NCBI GenBank assembly: GCA_965223265.1
Contig: OZ244999.1
Coordinates: forward strand, 8,640,001-8,704,000
DNA: 64,000 nucleotides
From: Planctomycetota bacterium
Lineage (GTDB): Bacteria > Planctomycetota > UBA8108 > SXIK01
Direction: 5' to 3'
Under the pieces are notes generated by a model. That model saw only the letters and a program-made list of their open reading frames with translations. It did not search any database and was not told where the DNA came from. Positions within the stretch are counted from its first letter, which is position 1, and each line of letters opens with the position of its first letter. Shown piece by piece: positions 49,345 through 58,822 of this stretch. A program made the position numbers and the translations under genes.

Positions 49345-50073
49345 CTACGCGCTGGCGCGAGGCTGCGCAGACTCCGGAGCTAGGCTGGCGATCGATTCGA
49401 GGACCTGGTCGGTCAAGGCGTTGATTTGATCTCGAGATGACTTGCCACCTTCTGCTGCCGGGACGATGGGGTCGCCGCGATACACGAAGGTTGCCGACGG
49501 CATGAGCAGACCTTTGGCGATCGAAGGGGACGTCGACGTGCTGGAAATGTAGAACGGCACGATAGGAGCTTGAGACCTAAGCGCCAGGAGTGCGACGCCG
49601 CCCTTGCCATCGAAAGGGTCGTCGGGTTCGCGGATTCCACCCTGCGGGAAGATTCCGATGATCCTCCCTTCTTTCAGCACTCGAAGGGCCTGTTTTGTTG
49701 CCGCCAGATCTTGTCCGTTGCGATTGACCGGAATGCAGCCGAGCGCACGAAAAAACCATCGGCAACCGACGATCTCGTAGTACTCGCGGGCCATCAGAAA
49801 ATGGATGCGCCGGCGAGTCAGCACAGAGAGAAGAACGGGATCGACACTCGAGTGGTGATTCGCGACAACGATCGCAGCTCCCGCTGCAGGCAAAGGATCG
49901 ACTCCGTCGACGTTGGAGCGAAGCCGGTGAAACGTGCGCGTGTAGGCCCACGCGAAAACGCGAATCGTCGTCACGACAACGGAATCTTCGGGGCCGCGCA
50001 GCCCGATCCAGAGCGCGCCGAACAGCGTTAGGGCGATCGCTGCAGCGACGATGACGGCTGTCTGGAATGTCAT
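49345..50073 (-). CDS. PlsC-family lysophospholipid acyltransferase
   Basis: NHHSSVD (HxxxxD), IFPQG, KGGVALLA; N-terminal TM segment. Confidence 0.88.
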   Translation of the reverse strand: MTFQTAVIVAAAIALTLFGALWIGLRGPEDSVVVTTIRVFAWAYTRTFHRLRSNVDGVDPLPAAGAAIVVANHHSSVDPVLLSVLTRRRIHFLMAREYYEIVGCRWFFRALGCIPVNRNGQDLAATKQALRVLKEGRIIGIFPQGGIREPDDPFDGKGGVALLALRSQAPIVPFYISSTSTSPSIAKGLLMPSATFVYRGDPIVPAAEGGKSSRDQINALTDQVLESIASLAPESAQPRASA

Positions 50074-50681
50074 ACCTTATCCTGATCAGTCACGCCGTCC
50101 GCGGCGGCAGATCGTTCCGCATCGGTCGGCGCACGGTAGAAGAGTACTCGTGACTCGCCGTATTTCTTCTCGAGGGTCGGAGGTTGGGGACGAGTCCCCT
50201 TCCACCGTGTTGGCAATCGGACAACTGTCCAGCCTTCTCGCGCGGTGGCTTCAATGGCGTCGTCGACGCGCCGCCACAGCGTCTCGGTCAACCTCGATGA
50301 CGACAGCATACTAAACGGTGGATCCAGGAATATTAAGGCGTAACGATCGTCTTCGCGTGCCCTGAGGGGCGGTTGCCTGAGCGCGTCGGCTTGGAGTAAC
50401 TCGCAGCGGGTCGTGAAGCCGAGCGTCAGCACGTTTCGTTTGAGTACCACCAGTGCTTCTGGGTCGAGTTCGACGAATAGCGCGCGCCGTGCGCCGCGGC
50501 TGATCGATTCGAGACCGAACGCCCCGGACCCTGCGAACAAGTCGAGCACGTTGCCGCCGGCGAGGGACTCTCCCACGATGGCGAAGATCGACTCGCGAAT
50601 GCGGTCGAGTGCCGGACGAACGGCGGTCTCAGGCGGAACCTCGAGACGCCGTCCTCGGGCTTCTCCCGCGATGATGCGCAT
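50070..50681 (-). CDS. rsmD: 16S rRNA m2G966 methyltransferase
   Basis: MRIIAGEARGRRL, DRIRESIF, DLFAGSGAFGLESISRGA, DPPF. Confidence 0.92.
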   Translation of the reverse strand: MRIIAGEARGRRLEVPPETAVRPALDRIRESIFAIVGESLAGGNVLDLFAGSGAFGLESISRGARRALFVELDPEALVVLKRNVLTLGFTTRCELLQADALRQPPLRAREDDRYALIFLDPPFSMLSSSRLTETLWRRVDDAIEATAREGWTVVRLPTRWKGTRPQPPTLEKKYGESRVLFYRAPTDAERSAAADGVTDQDKV

Positions 50682-50870
50682 CAGCGACCCTTGCGGCTAA
50701 AAAGTCATTCCTCGTGGTTTCGACGCGGGCTAGCAAGGTAACGTAACACGAATGCACTCGGGAGCGGCACTCTCGGTCTTCTCTGCTCTCGATTTTGGCA
50801 TCTGAATGGCGCCAGGGAATTGCCGACGCGGCCTGACGACGTTCCTCGCCGACGAGGCGGACCGATTTGG

Positions 50871-52286
50871 CTAATCGATCCCGAATTGAAGCTCAGCGTT
50901 CCCCTCTGCACCGGACAGGAGATCCTGTGCCGTCACCCTGACGCGGTAGACGCCCGTACTGAGTCGTTTCGGGATCTCGTATTTGGCCCAAAAGTTGACA
51001 GGCTCGTTTGGATCGTCGACAACCTGACGACCCGCATCGGGTGTGAGAAACTCGAGTTCATCGAGAACCTCGTCATGGGGTCCAAGCAACCGCAGCGTAG
51101 CGCTGAAACCGCGAACGAAGACGGTCTCTTGGCCCGACTCTTCAGTCTCGGCGTGCGTCGTGAAGTTCTCGAACTCGCCGTACAGGAGAAGCTCAACGCC
51201 GGCGACAATCCGATGCGGTGGGAGAGGGATAAACTCTCCGGGTCCGCCGATCGATTCAGCGAAGCTGAGTGCGGAGACAGCGAACGGAGGGGGGGCCGGC
51301 TGGCTGACCGCCGATGGTTGGGACGCGTCGGAGTCAATGTCGGTGCCGTCGACTTGCGGCACTGCGACGTGCGGAGCCGCAACTTCAGCTGCTGTGGACG
51401 GTGTTGACGCGACGGCGCTTACCGAGACATTGGATTCGTTTGCATCGCTGGAGGCGTAGGAATCCCTCGCTGCCGCCTCGCCGCCGCCATCCGAAGCGGT
51501 CAACTGCGCCACGTTCTCTGCCGCCGATCCTGCGTCGGTTCCTGCCGCCGTCGTTGGATCGAATCGCATGGCATCATTCCCCGTCGCCACTTCTTGGCTG
51601 CTGTCGGCGCTGTCGGCCGCGGCGTCGCGAAGCGCGGTGTCGGCGGTAGCCAGCAGCCGGCGGGCTTCGACTTCACGTCCAAGGGAGTGCAGGATGGCTC
51701 CCACCAAGAGAGCGTCGCCGCGCTGGCCGCTGCTCCCGAGAGCTGCCAAGCACGATTCGAGATCAGTGTCCGGGATCGCGGCGTCAACGCCAGCGAGATG
51801 GAGAGCAAGAATCCGTCGTGCGAGCTCGAGACGAGTTGCGTTAGCGGCCCCATCCGTAGGGGCGGCCTGCCACTGTGCGAGCAGTTCCGCCTGCACATGG
51901 CCCACGCCTCGCCTGTGAGGCGACGGCCCCTGCGACTCTGCTGCATGCGTCGAGGTGGACTTGTCCTCGGTCCGAAGCTTCTCCACCTGTGCGGCGCCGG
52001 CGAACTCGCTTCCACCAGCCCCAGCCGAGGCAGAGGAATCCCTTTCCGTCTTGGTTGCTGTCGTGTCGTCTCGATTCACCTCTCGCTTCACGGTGCGGTG
52101 CTGGCTGAGCTCCTCGGCGGCCGTGGCGCGCGCCGTAGAAAGCTGTTCGGGCCGGCGATGCGCGCTGCTCGAGCATGACACCGAGGCCAGCACAAAGCCG
52201 GCGAGAACGACGACTGAAGCGCGTCGGCCCACACTGCGAATCGTGTCGGCGTCGGCCGTCCACTGGCGCGATCTCCTCAAGCTCAT
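50871..52286 (-). CDS. Putative lipoprotein with low-complexity linkers and a C-terminal beta-sandwich-like domain
   Basis: Lipobox-like VLASVSC; Ala/Ser/Thr-rich middle; C-terminal LLYGEFENF...GVYRVRVTAQD. Confidence 0.65.
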   Translation of the reverse strand: MSLRRSRQWTADADTIRSVGRRASVVVLAGFVLASVSCSSSAHRRPEQLSTARATAAEELSQHRTVKREVNRDDTTATKTERDSSASAGAGGSEFAGAAQVEKLRTEDKSTSTHAAESQGPSPHRRGVGHVQAELLAQWQAAPTDGAANATRLELARRILALHLAGVDAAIPDTDLESCLAALGSSGQRGDALLVGAILHSLGREVEARRLLATADTALRDAAADSADSSQEVATGNDAMRFDPTTAAGTDAGSAAENVAQLTASDGGGEAAARDSYASSDANESNVSVSAVASTPSTAAEVAAPHVAVPQVDGTDIDSDASQPSAVSQPAPPPFAVSALSFAESIGGPGEFIPLPPHRIVAGVELLLYGEFENFTTHAETEESGQETVFVRGFSATLRLLGPHDEVLDELEFLTPDAGRQVVDDPNEPVNFWAKYEIPKRLSTGVYRVRVTAQDLLSGAEGNAELQFGID

Positions 52287-52798
52287 GAATGCATCCTCTC
52301 TAGTTCTCTTCTCGGCCCCTTGAGGCCGCGACTCACTTCTTGTTCTCCGCCTCTCGTCGGCGCGATCGTTTCGGCGGCCCGGACCCTAATGCATGCTAAG
52401 AATGGCAGCACGAAACGCCTTCGGCTCGGCTCGTAACGTTGGGATCGGAGCCGGTCGTCATCGCTTTATCGGTTTGCGGCTGGCTCTCACTTGAGACTTT
52501 TTCGGACCTTTTTCCGCTGATTTTTTATCGTTTAAGAGGTGATTTGTAGCTGTTTTGGAGGTTTTTTTGTACAGCTCGATGCGGCGTCTTCAGATCAGCC
52601 CTGCAGCTGCCGAAACAATCCCGGGTCGTTCTCACCATGGACTTCTGTGGCAAGGCTTGCGCGCTCGACCGCTTGCGTCCGAGCCGCGAATCCGAGGAGG
52701 CGAGAGTTCTCGCGCCTTGGGGCGAACTCCCTTTGCCCGGATTTTGCCGCGGGCGACGGGTTGAGACGTGAAACCGAAGGATTTGGGTGAAGGTGGTC

Positions 52799-52987
52799 AT
52801 GGAGTCGAACAAAATTCACACCTGTCGACGTTGCTACACCAAGGAGTACATTCCGACGCATCAGTACGTCAAGTTCGACCTGAAGACACACTATCTGTGT
52901 CGACGCTGCTGGGAAGACTATCGCAGCTGGTTCTACTGGGGGCAGCGCCCGACCAGCGGTGAGAAAGAGAAGGTCGCCGCGACTTAG
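52799..52987 (+). CDS. Small putative zinc-binding protein (62 aa)
   Basis: Two CRRC motifs (HTCRRCY, YLCRRCW); AAGGTGG upstream of ATG 52799; protein-like composition. Confidence 0.7.
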   Translation: MESNKIHTCRRCYTKEYIPTHQYVKFDLKTHYLCRRCWEDYRSWFYWGQRPTSGEKEKVAAT

Positions 52988-53104
52988 CCTCGAGTTTGGC
53001 CATTTCGCGCCGACCGCCGGACGAGCTGACCGCGACTGCGGAGTCGGCAAACGTGGATCATCTCCGCGACTCTTGAGTACTGGGGCGGTCGAGCTGGGCG
53101 TGAA

Positions 53105-53134
53105 TTCTCGGCCGAATGACTTTTCAACGGACTG
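53105..53134 (-). mobile_element. MITE-like element, isolated left end (copy B)
   Basis: Reverse complement reads CAGTCCGTTGAAAAGTCATTCGGCCGAGAA, matching the left ends at 46305 and 59680. Confidence 0.55.
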
Positions 53135-53255
53135 GTGTGCCAGCGGAATCGGAGACGTCACCAGGGCGCATCCGGCGATCGATCGACGCCAGGACCTTCG
53201 TGCCCTTCTCGCCTTGGCGGAAAATCGCCGCGGGCGCGTTCTGTGCCGCCCTCCT

Positions 53256-54386
53256 TCAGGTCGTCTTGCCGTGCGAGCGGTACTGTTCGACACCCTTCAG
53301 TAGTGCGTGCATGTCTTGCGGCAACCGTGCGCTGAACGCCATCTCTTGCTGCGTCAGTGGGTGCTGAAACGAGATACTTGCCGCATGCAGGGCATGTCGA
53401 CTAAGAATCGGCTGCTCTGCTTGCGTCCGCGTCTGTCCGCGGAGGTCGGAAAGGTAGATTTGTTTTTCCCGGCCGTACAATTTGTCCGCGGCGATCGGCA
53501 AGTGGAGGCTGGCGAGGTGGACCCGGATTTGGTGTGTTCGCCCGGTTTTGGGATAGACTTCAATGAGAGCGTAGCCGCGAAATCGTTCAAGGACACGGTA
53601 AGCCGTGATGGCTTCGCGGCCGGTCCCGTCGACTCGCACCATCTGTTTTTTGCTGTGCGTGTAGCTCCGACCGAGCGGTCGATCGATGCTCCCCTCCCAT
53701 TCCTTTGGCTCGCCACGACTAATCGCCAGATACGTCTTGTGCACCAAACGCTCTTTGAATTGGTGCGCCAATGCACGGTGCGCGAGATCATTTTTGGCGA
53801 CGAGGAGGACACCGGAGGTTTCTTTGTCCAGACGATGCACGATTCCCGGACGCTCTTCGCCGCCGACGCCCGACAAGTTGCTCAAGCGGTAGAGAAGCGC
53901 GTTGACGAGAGTGTCTCCAACCTGGGACGGTGCGGGGTGCACCGCCAGTCCGGCGGGTTTGTCGATGACTGCTAGGAACTCGTCTTCGTACAGAAGATCG
54001 AAGGGGATGTTTTTGGGCGACAGATCGATCTTCCGCGGTGGCGGCACGTGACATCGGACCGACATGCCCCGGCTGATTTTCGTCGACGCCTTGACGTCGC
54101 GACGTAGTTTCGGAACGGTGACGTAGCCCTGGTCGACGAGCTTCTGCAGGAAGGCACGTGAGTGCTCCGGAAGGCGTTCGGCGAGCAGCGTATCGAGGCG
54201 CTGCGGCTCGCCTTCGTGGATAAACTCGTGAACCTCAGGCGGCGCCGACTCATCGCCGTCCGACTGTGGCGAGGGCGGCTCGTCCGCATCGCAGCGCTCG
54301 CGCTTCGGCTCCAGGGACGATCCTTCTTTTCGCGCGTCACATTCGTCCAACGAGTCGCCGTCTCTCCCCAAGTTCGGTGGCTTCAC
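53256..54386 (-). CDS. rluD: RluA/RluD-family pseudouridine synthase with S4 domain (start uncertain)
   Basis: RLDTLLA (S4), KPAGLAVHP, GIVHRLDKETSG, TGRTHQIRVH, HALHA. Confidence 0.88.
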   Translation of the reverse strand: MKPPNLGRDGDSLDECDARKEGSSLEPKRERCDADEPPSPQSDGDESAPPEVHEFIHEGEPQRLDTLLAERLPEHSRAFLQKLVDQGYVTVPKLRRDVKASTKISRGMSVRCHVPPPRKIDLSPKNIPFDLLYEDEFLAVIDKPAGLAVHPAPSQVGDTLVNALLYRLSNLSGVGGEERPGIVHRLDKETSGVLLVAKNDLAHRALAHQFKERLVHKTYLAISRGEPKEWEGSIDRPLGRSYTHSKKQMVRVDGTGREAITAYRVLERFRGYALIEVYPKTGRTHQIRVHLASLHLPIAADKLYGREKQIYLSDLRGQTRTQAEQPILSRHALHAASISFQHPLTQQEMAFSARLPQDMHALLKGVEQYRSHGKTT

Positions 54387-54397
54387 TTGCGACAGCG

Positions 54398-54988
54398 TCA
54401 GTTCTCGCTGCTGGCTTCGTTCGGGACGGGTAACTCGAACGTCGCGCTGGGTGGCATCCACTCGGAACTGTCTTTCGCTGTGAGAACCTTCTCGACGTTC
54501 AACGCCCACGTCTTCATGTCGGCGTCACCGGCGAAGCGTTCGGCCGCGCTTCGTGCCAGTGCGAGGGCCTTCTCCTTTGCCTGAGTGGGCTCGAGTCGGG
54601 GCTTCGCTTGAGGATCATCCCCGGTGTCGGCCATGGCAAGCTCGGCAAGAAAGGAGCCGATGGTTTTGACGACGTAGGGCTCCGGCTTTGTGCCTTCAAC
54701 ATCGGCAAGGAGCTCGTCGATTGCCGTGAGGCTGAGCGGCTCGGTGGCATCCGGATCTGTGACGCGACTGAGGCGGGCACTCACTTGTTCGAGGCGCTCT
54801 TGAGCCAGCGCCGTCCACGCGGTGTAGCCGACAACGCAGAGCAGCACACAGGCCACGACGACCACGATGTGCATGCGAAACTTCTTGATCGTCGAAACGG
54901 TTGAGCTCGTCAGGCCGGTGAGTGCGTTTTCCAACCCTTGCTCGGGCTGCGTGTCCGTCGGCTGTTTAGGCAAGGTCTTTCTGGCCAC
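54398..54988 (-). CDS. Single-TM helical membrane protein (possibly YfgM-like)
   Basis: GTG 54988 behind GGAAGGA; one TM segment (IVVVVACVLLCVVGY) followed by a helical domain. Confidence 0.6.
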   Translation of the reverse strand: MARKTLPKQPTDTQPEQGLENALTGLTSSTVSTIKKFRMHIVVVVACVLLCVVGYTAWTALAQERLEQVSARLSRVTDPDATEPLSLTAIDELLADVEGTKPEPYVVKTIGSFLAELAMADTGDDPQAKPRLEPTQAKEKALALARSAAERFAGDADMKTWALNVEKVLTAKDSSEWMPPSATFELPVPNEASSEN

Positions 54989-55131
54989 GATGATCCTTCC
55001 GATCGTTTCGGCGGTTCGTTTTGGATTCGATTCGAATTTCAAACTACGGCGTTGGGACGACCGTCACGAACTCGCGAGCGGTGACGTTGTTCCCAGCTTT
55101 GGTGCCGATCCCGCGCTGCTGAACCCCAAAA

Positions 55132-55312
55132 CAGTCTGTTGAAAACGCTTGGAGCCGAATACGGTCTCTTCGATCAGCGACGGTCGGTGGCACGCAGGCA
55201 CGCGCCGGTTCACCGAAGTCGACGGCCAACCGCCATTGGTCGGGAGCTCTTCGGGTCCCCACGTGCGTGAGCCATCGATAGATAATACACCGCCACCGCG
55301 GTTTTCAACCGC
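55132..55312 (-). mobile_element. MITE-like element, copy C (reverse orientation, degenerate)
   Basis: CAGTCTGTTGAAAACGCTTGGAGCCGAATACGGTCTCTTCG closely matches the reverse complement of the 59680-59788 right end; distal end GTTTTCAACCGC. Confidence 0.55.
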
Positions 55313-55567
55313 AATTCTCGCCCGGTAATCTTCCCGTATGGTTGGTGCGACCGCTTTGACCGTTTCCTGCGGCGGGCACGGTGGCGCACGACCTGCAGTG
55401 AGGTGGTGAGCAACATGGTCCGGGCGAGTACTTGGCGTCCCAGGACGCCGCAGGCTGCGACTTGACGCGCTCGCGGGTGGTGTGGCGTTCCGAGCGCAGC
55501 TGGCGGCGGGAATGGGCTCTCAGAATGCTCCCTGCGAGCGCCGCGCCTCGGCCCGGTCGTCATCTTC

Positions 55568-55625
55568 GTCGTGACTACGCAGTGTCGTGACTATGCAGTG
55601 TCGTGACTACGCAGTGTCGTGACTA
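55568..55625. repeat. 16-bp tandem repeat, about 3.6 copies
   Basis: GTCGTGACTA(C/T)GCAGT x3 plus GTCGTGACTA; the last partial unit contains the lipoprotein stop codon. Confidence 0.9.
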
Positions 55626-56270
55626 GTATTGGATAGGCTCTTCGTTCTCTTCAAGCCTGACCGACGCTGGCGCCGGGCTACCGATCTCGTCCTCGGACAA
55701 CGTCAGGTCGCGAATATCGGCTTCTGGCGAGACCGCAGCCGGGGGGGCGATCTCGGGCTGCGCGCCAGGCTCCGCCGCGGGCGCCTTCAGACTGTTGATG
55801 TCCGCGATCGAGAAGCTTTCGGTGCCGCGAGGGCCGATTCGAGAGCGAATCTCGTTGAACGACTTCCCGTAGGCGAAGTCGAATTTACGAGAGATCGTCA
55901 CCTCAGCGGTTTCCTCGCCTTTCACGAACTGATAGTTGTGCGTCTCGCCTTCCGTCTTGTACGCACCCACCAGTCGCCAACCGTTTTTCTTCATCGCACC
56001 CACGAACCTCGGTCCGACGTCCGACATGTGACCACCGCCGCGGTAGTACCCGACCCAGCTGCGAAAGTGTCCGCCTTCACCGACTGCCGGCTCATACGAT
56101 TCACCACGGACGAATTCGAAATTGGGTAGGAGCGGTACATCGCTTTGCTCCACGCCTTCGGCCATTTCGACGCCCGAGGGCGGCGAGACGCACCCCGCGA
56201 TGGCGGCCAAACCGACACTGATCACACCAACTCCGATCATTGCGACACAACGCGAGTACGTTCTCTTCAT
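55623..56270 (-). CDS. Putative lipoprotein
   Basis: ATG 56270 behind GGAGAGGA; lipobox-like AIAGC. Confidence 0.75.
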   Translation of the reverse strand: MKRTYSRCVAMIGVGVISVGLAAIAGCVSPPSGVEMAEGVEQSDVPLLPNFEFVRGESYEPAVGEGGHFRSWVGYYRGGGHMSDVGPRFVGAMKKNGWRLVGAYKTEGETHNYQFVKGEETAEVTISRKFDFAYGKSFNEIRSRIGPRGTESFSIADINSLKAPAAEPGAQPEIAPPAAVSPEADIRDLTLSEDEIGSPAPASVRLEENEEPIQY

Positions 56271-56350
56271 AGCAATGTCCTCTCCAACTTCCTTTTCTCG
56301 CCGCCAGGCCGGAGGACCGTCGCGGCTTTCACGTCCGAGCGCGGCATTGT

Positions 56351-56416
56351 AGCCGTTGAAAAAACCGGGGAGTGCGAATGCCCCCGTATCGGCTCGAAGC
56401 ACTTTTCAACAGGCTA
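56351..56416 (+). mobile_element. MITE-like element, copy D (short)
   Basis: AGCCGTTGAAAAAACC...TCGGCTCGAAGCACTTTTCAACAGGCT; this 27-nt right end is identical to that of copy E. Confidence 0.6.
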
Positions 56417-56964
56417 TAGCTCCTCTAACGCTTTGCGCTGCGGTCCCCGTGCTACCGAAGCGGTTCCGCCCCGAAGCGCACAAGGGACGTTTGCGCAACC
56501 ACCAGAGCGGGCAATCTCTTCAACATTCCTCTTCAACACTCAACAGCCGGCCCCGCGGGAGTCGAAGGCTGGTACGAACGCACTGCGTTCAACGACGCCT
56601 TCGCCGGGGTTTTTGTCAACGGTTTCGTGTCAACGGGCTGCTCTGACGGATCATTCTATTACGTTTTCGGAACACCGCAACTCTTTTTTTGCAGCGCTCT
56701 TGCGGCGATAGCGGAGCTGTAGCCGACAACAGTGGAGCTCGCCAATGGTGCCCGTCGTGGGGTACTCTTCTTGGGAGATCCAAAGAGAAATGCTACGCCT
56801 TCCGGACAGTCAACTCTTAGGTCGCTCGATCCTTTGGATCGATCGCGCCCTCACGCGACGCTGGGTTCAGGCCGCACTGTTCACCGGTTCACTGCTCGGG
56901 TTCTGGCTGCTTCTCAGCTGCGGCGTAGCCTTCTCGCACTAGAGGCCCCACTCTTTCTCGCCGC

Positions 56965-57462
56965 CTACTTTGCGGTGGCGCCGCTCGAAGCCGTCTTGAG
57001 GTCGACCAAAAGCACGAAGACTTCGTCGTCGCGACGGATTTTCGCCAAGGAGATGATCGCCGGGGTCTCCTTCAGGAGCAGCGTCGCCTTGCGCTTCCTC
57101 TTTTTGTTGACCAACGTTTGCTTAAGGCGCACTGATTGGCGATGCGTCTCGAGCTCCCACCGCGCCTGATAGTGATCCGGGAGCTCGAGGGAGACGCCAC
57201 GCTCGAAGCTGATCTTTTGCACGTGCGGCTCCTTCGTTGCTAGCCGAAACCGCTTTTTCTTAGTGTGCTTTCGCAGCTCCGCGACCATCTTTTTCGGAAG
57301 TTTTTCGGCCGTCTCGACATCGACGCCGTCTGAGCCCCAAAGCTGGTATACCGTGACCGTATACTTTTCCTCGGCGTGCGCCGTCGGCGTGGCGAACAGC
57401 AGCGTACACGTCCCCGAAAACAGGGCGCAGAGTAGCCGAAGCGGTTGTGGAAAAGCGAACAT
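56965..57462 (-). CDS. Exported protein, third gene of the ECF sigma/anti-sigma cluster
   Basis: Signal peptide ending AHA; lies 33 bp downstream of the anti-sigma gene. Confidence 0.7.
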   Translation of the reverse strand: MFAFPQPLRLLCALFSGTCTLLFATPTAHAEEKYTVTVYQLWGSDGVDVETAEKLPKKMVAELRKHTKKKRFRLATKEPHVQKISFERGVSLELPDHYQARWELETHRQSVRLKQTLVNKKRKRKATLLLKETPAIISLAKIRRDDEVFVLLVDLKTASSGATAK

Positions 57463-57495
57463 GGGTTCACCGTGCTCAGCGACTATCGAAAGGCT

Positions 57496-58158
57496 TTAGA
57501 AGTCTTCGTAGCTGGCGAAGTTGCCGTCGATCTTACTCGGCTTGTCGCCGCCGTGAAAAAGAATACTCTTTTGTTCTTCTTCTGGCACGGCCTCGCCGCC
57601 CCCCGGCTGGACACCGGGGGTGTTCTCGTCGCCTTGCTCGACGGCGGTTCCTGTCGCGACGTTCGTTTCCGGCCCGGTAGACGGCGGTGACCGAAGGGCG
57701 ATCAGAAGCACGGCGATGACCAAAACAGCCGCGGCGGCTGCCACGACCCCGTAAAGAAACCGGGGGCGCTCGATCCGAGCAGCCGCGCCTTGTCCGCGAT
57801 CGGAGCTGTGGGCTTGCGGAGCGACCGCGGGCGGCGTCTCGAGCTCAGGCTCGTTCTTGCGGCGCTGAATCTCGTCCCAAACGCGCGCCCACTGCTCGCC
57901 GCTGACCGGTGGAGCAGATTCGCCGCGCGAAACTTCATCCAGCCAACGATAGCTGTCGGCAACTTCGCGCGCACTCGCATTCGAGTCGACGTATTTTTCC
58001 ACAGACTCTCTCTCTTCAGGGGACAGCTCCCCGTCGACGTAGGCGCCGACGCGCATCAACATTTCGTCTTCGGCGCTGTGGCTCCGATCGGATTTCGGAT
58101 CGTTCTGTGTCTCTGTCATTGGATTCTCGATTCTTCGCTGCTTCTTCTTCGCTACCAC
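57496..58158 (-). CDS. Transmembrane anti-sigma factor (start 58158 or 58119)
   Basis: GAYVDGELSPEERESVEKYV anti-sigma domain lacking the HxxxCxxC zinc ligands; one TM segment; follows an ECF sigma gene. Confidence 0.82.
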   Translation of the reverse strand: MVAKKKQRRIENPMTETQNDPKSDRSHSAEDEMLMRVGAYVDGELSPEERESVEKYVDSNASAREVADSYRWLDEVSRGESAPPVSGEQWARVWDEIQRRKNEPELETPPAVAPQAHSSDRGQGAAARIERPRFLYGVVAAAAAVLVIAVLLIALRSPPSTGPETNVATGTAVEQGDENTPGVQPGGGEAVPEEEQKSILFHGGDKPSKIDGNFASYEDF

Positions 58159-58190
58159 TCTTCTTCTTGATCAACTCTTCTTCTTGATCA
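58157..58190. repeat. 17-bp perfect tandem duplication
   Basis: ACTCTTCTTCTTGATCA x2 at the sigma/anti-sigma junction. Confidence 0.9.
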
Positions 58191-58195
58191 GCGCG

Positions 58196-58822
58196 TCAGC
58201 CCGTCGTCTGGCGGCGTGAAGGCGGATCGACCCCAAGACGACGCAGGTGTTCCTGTAGTTTTTTACGAGCATAATGCAGGCGCGACATCACGGTTCCGAT
58301 GTTGCAGTCGACCACCTCGGCGATCTGTTTGTAGGATAGGTTCTCTTTGGCATGCAGAATGAAGACGGCTCGATGCTTGTCGGGGAGTGAGTCGACCGCC
58401 TCGGAGAGTTGTTCGCCGAGTTCCTTGTTTTGCGCGCTCTCTTCTGGGTCGACAGGTGCGTTGCGCCCAGGGGTTTGAGTGCCTTGTGCCTCAAGGAACG
58501 TTTGGTCGACTTCGGTTGCCAGCCGGGATTTTCTGCGGCGGGTGAAGTCAATCGCGCGGTTGACGGCGATGCGATACAGCCAAGTGAAAAACTTGGCGTC
58601 GGTTTTGAACCGATCGACGCTCTTGTAGACGCGCACGAATACCTCTTGGGTAACCTCGAGCGCGTCTTCCCGGTTGTGCACGAACCGCAGCGCGACGCGA
58701 TAAACGCGTTCGCGGTATTTGTCGAAGAGAAACTCGAAGGCTGACTCGTCGCCCGCGAGAAAGGCTTCGACTTTGCCAATATCTTCGTCGTCCGAGGGGT
58801 CGCGCACTGGATTCGGGACCAT
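58196..58822 (-). CDS. ECF RNA polymerase sigma factor (RpoE/SigW-like)
   Basis: GDESAFEFL, DALEVTQEVFVR, FFTWLYRIAVN, LSYKQIAEVVDCNIGTVMSRLHYARKKL. Start set to ATG 58822. Confidence 0.92.
   Translation of the reverse strand: MVPNPVRDPSDDEDIGKVEAFLAGDESAFEFLFDKYRERVYRVALRFVHNREDALEVTQEVFVRVYKSVDRFKTDAKFFTWLYRIAVNRAIDFTRRRKSRLATEVDQTFLEAQGTQTPGRNAPVDPEESAQNKELGEQLSEAVDSLPDKHRAVFILHAKENLSYKQIAEVVDCNIGTVMSRLHYARKKLQEHLRRLGVDPPSRRQTTG

Noticed and set aside
55568-55625. Possible mini-CRISPR array
   Set aside because: The 16-bp units are directly adjacent with no spacers, and no cas genes are present.
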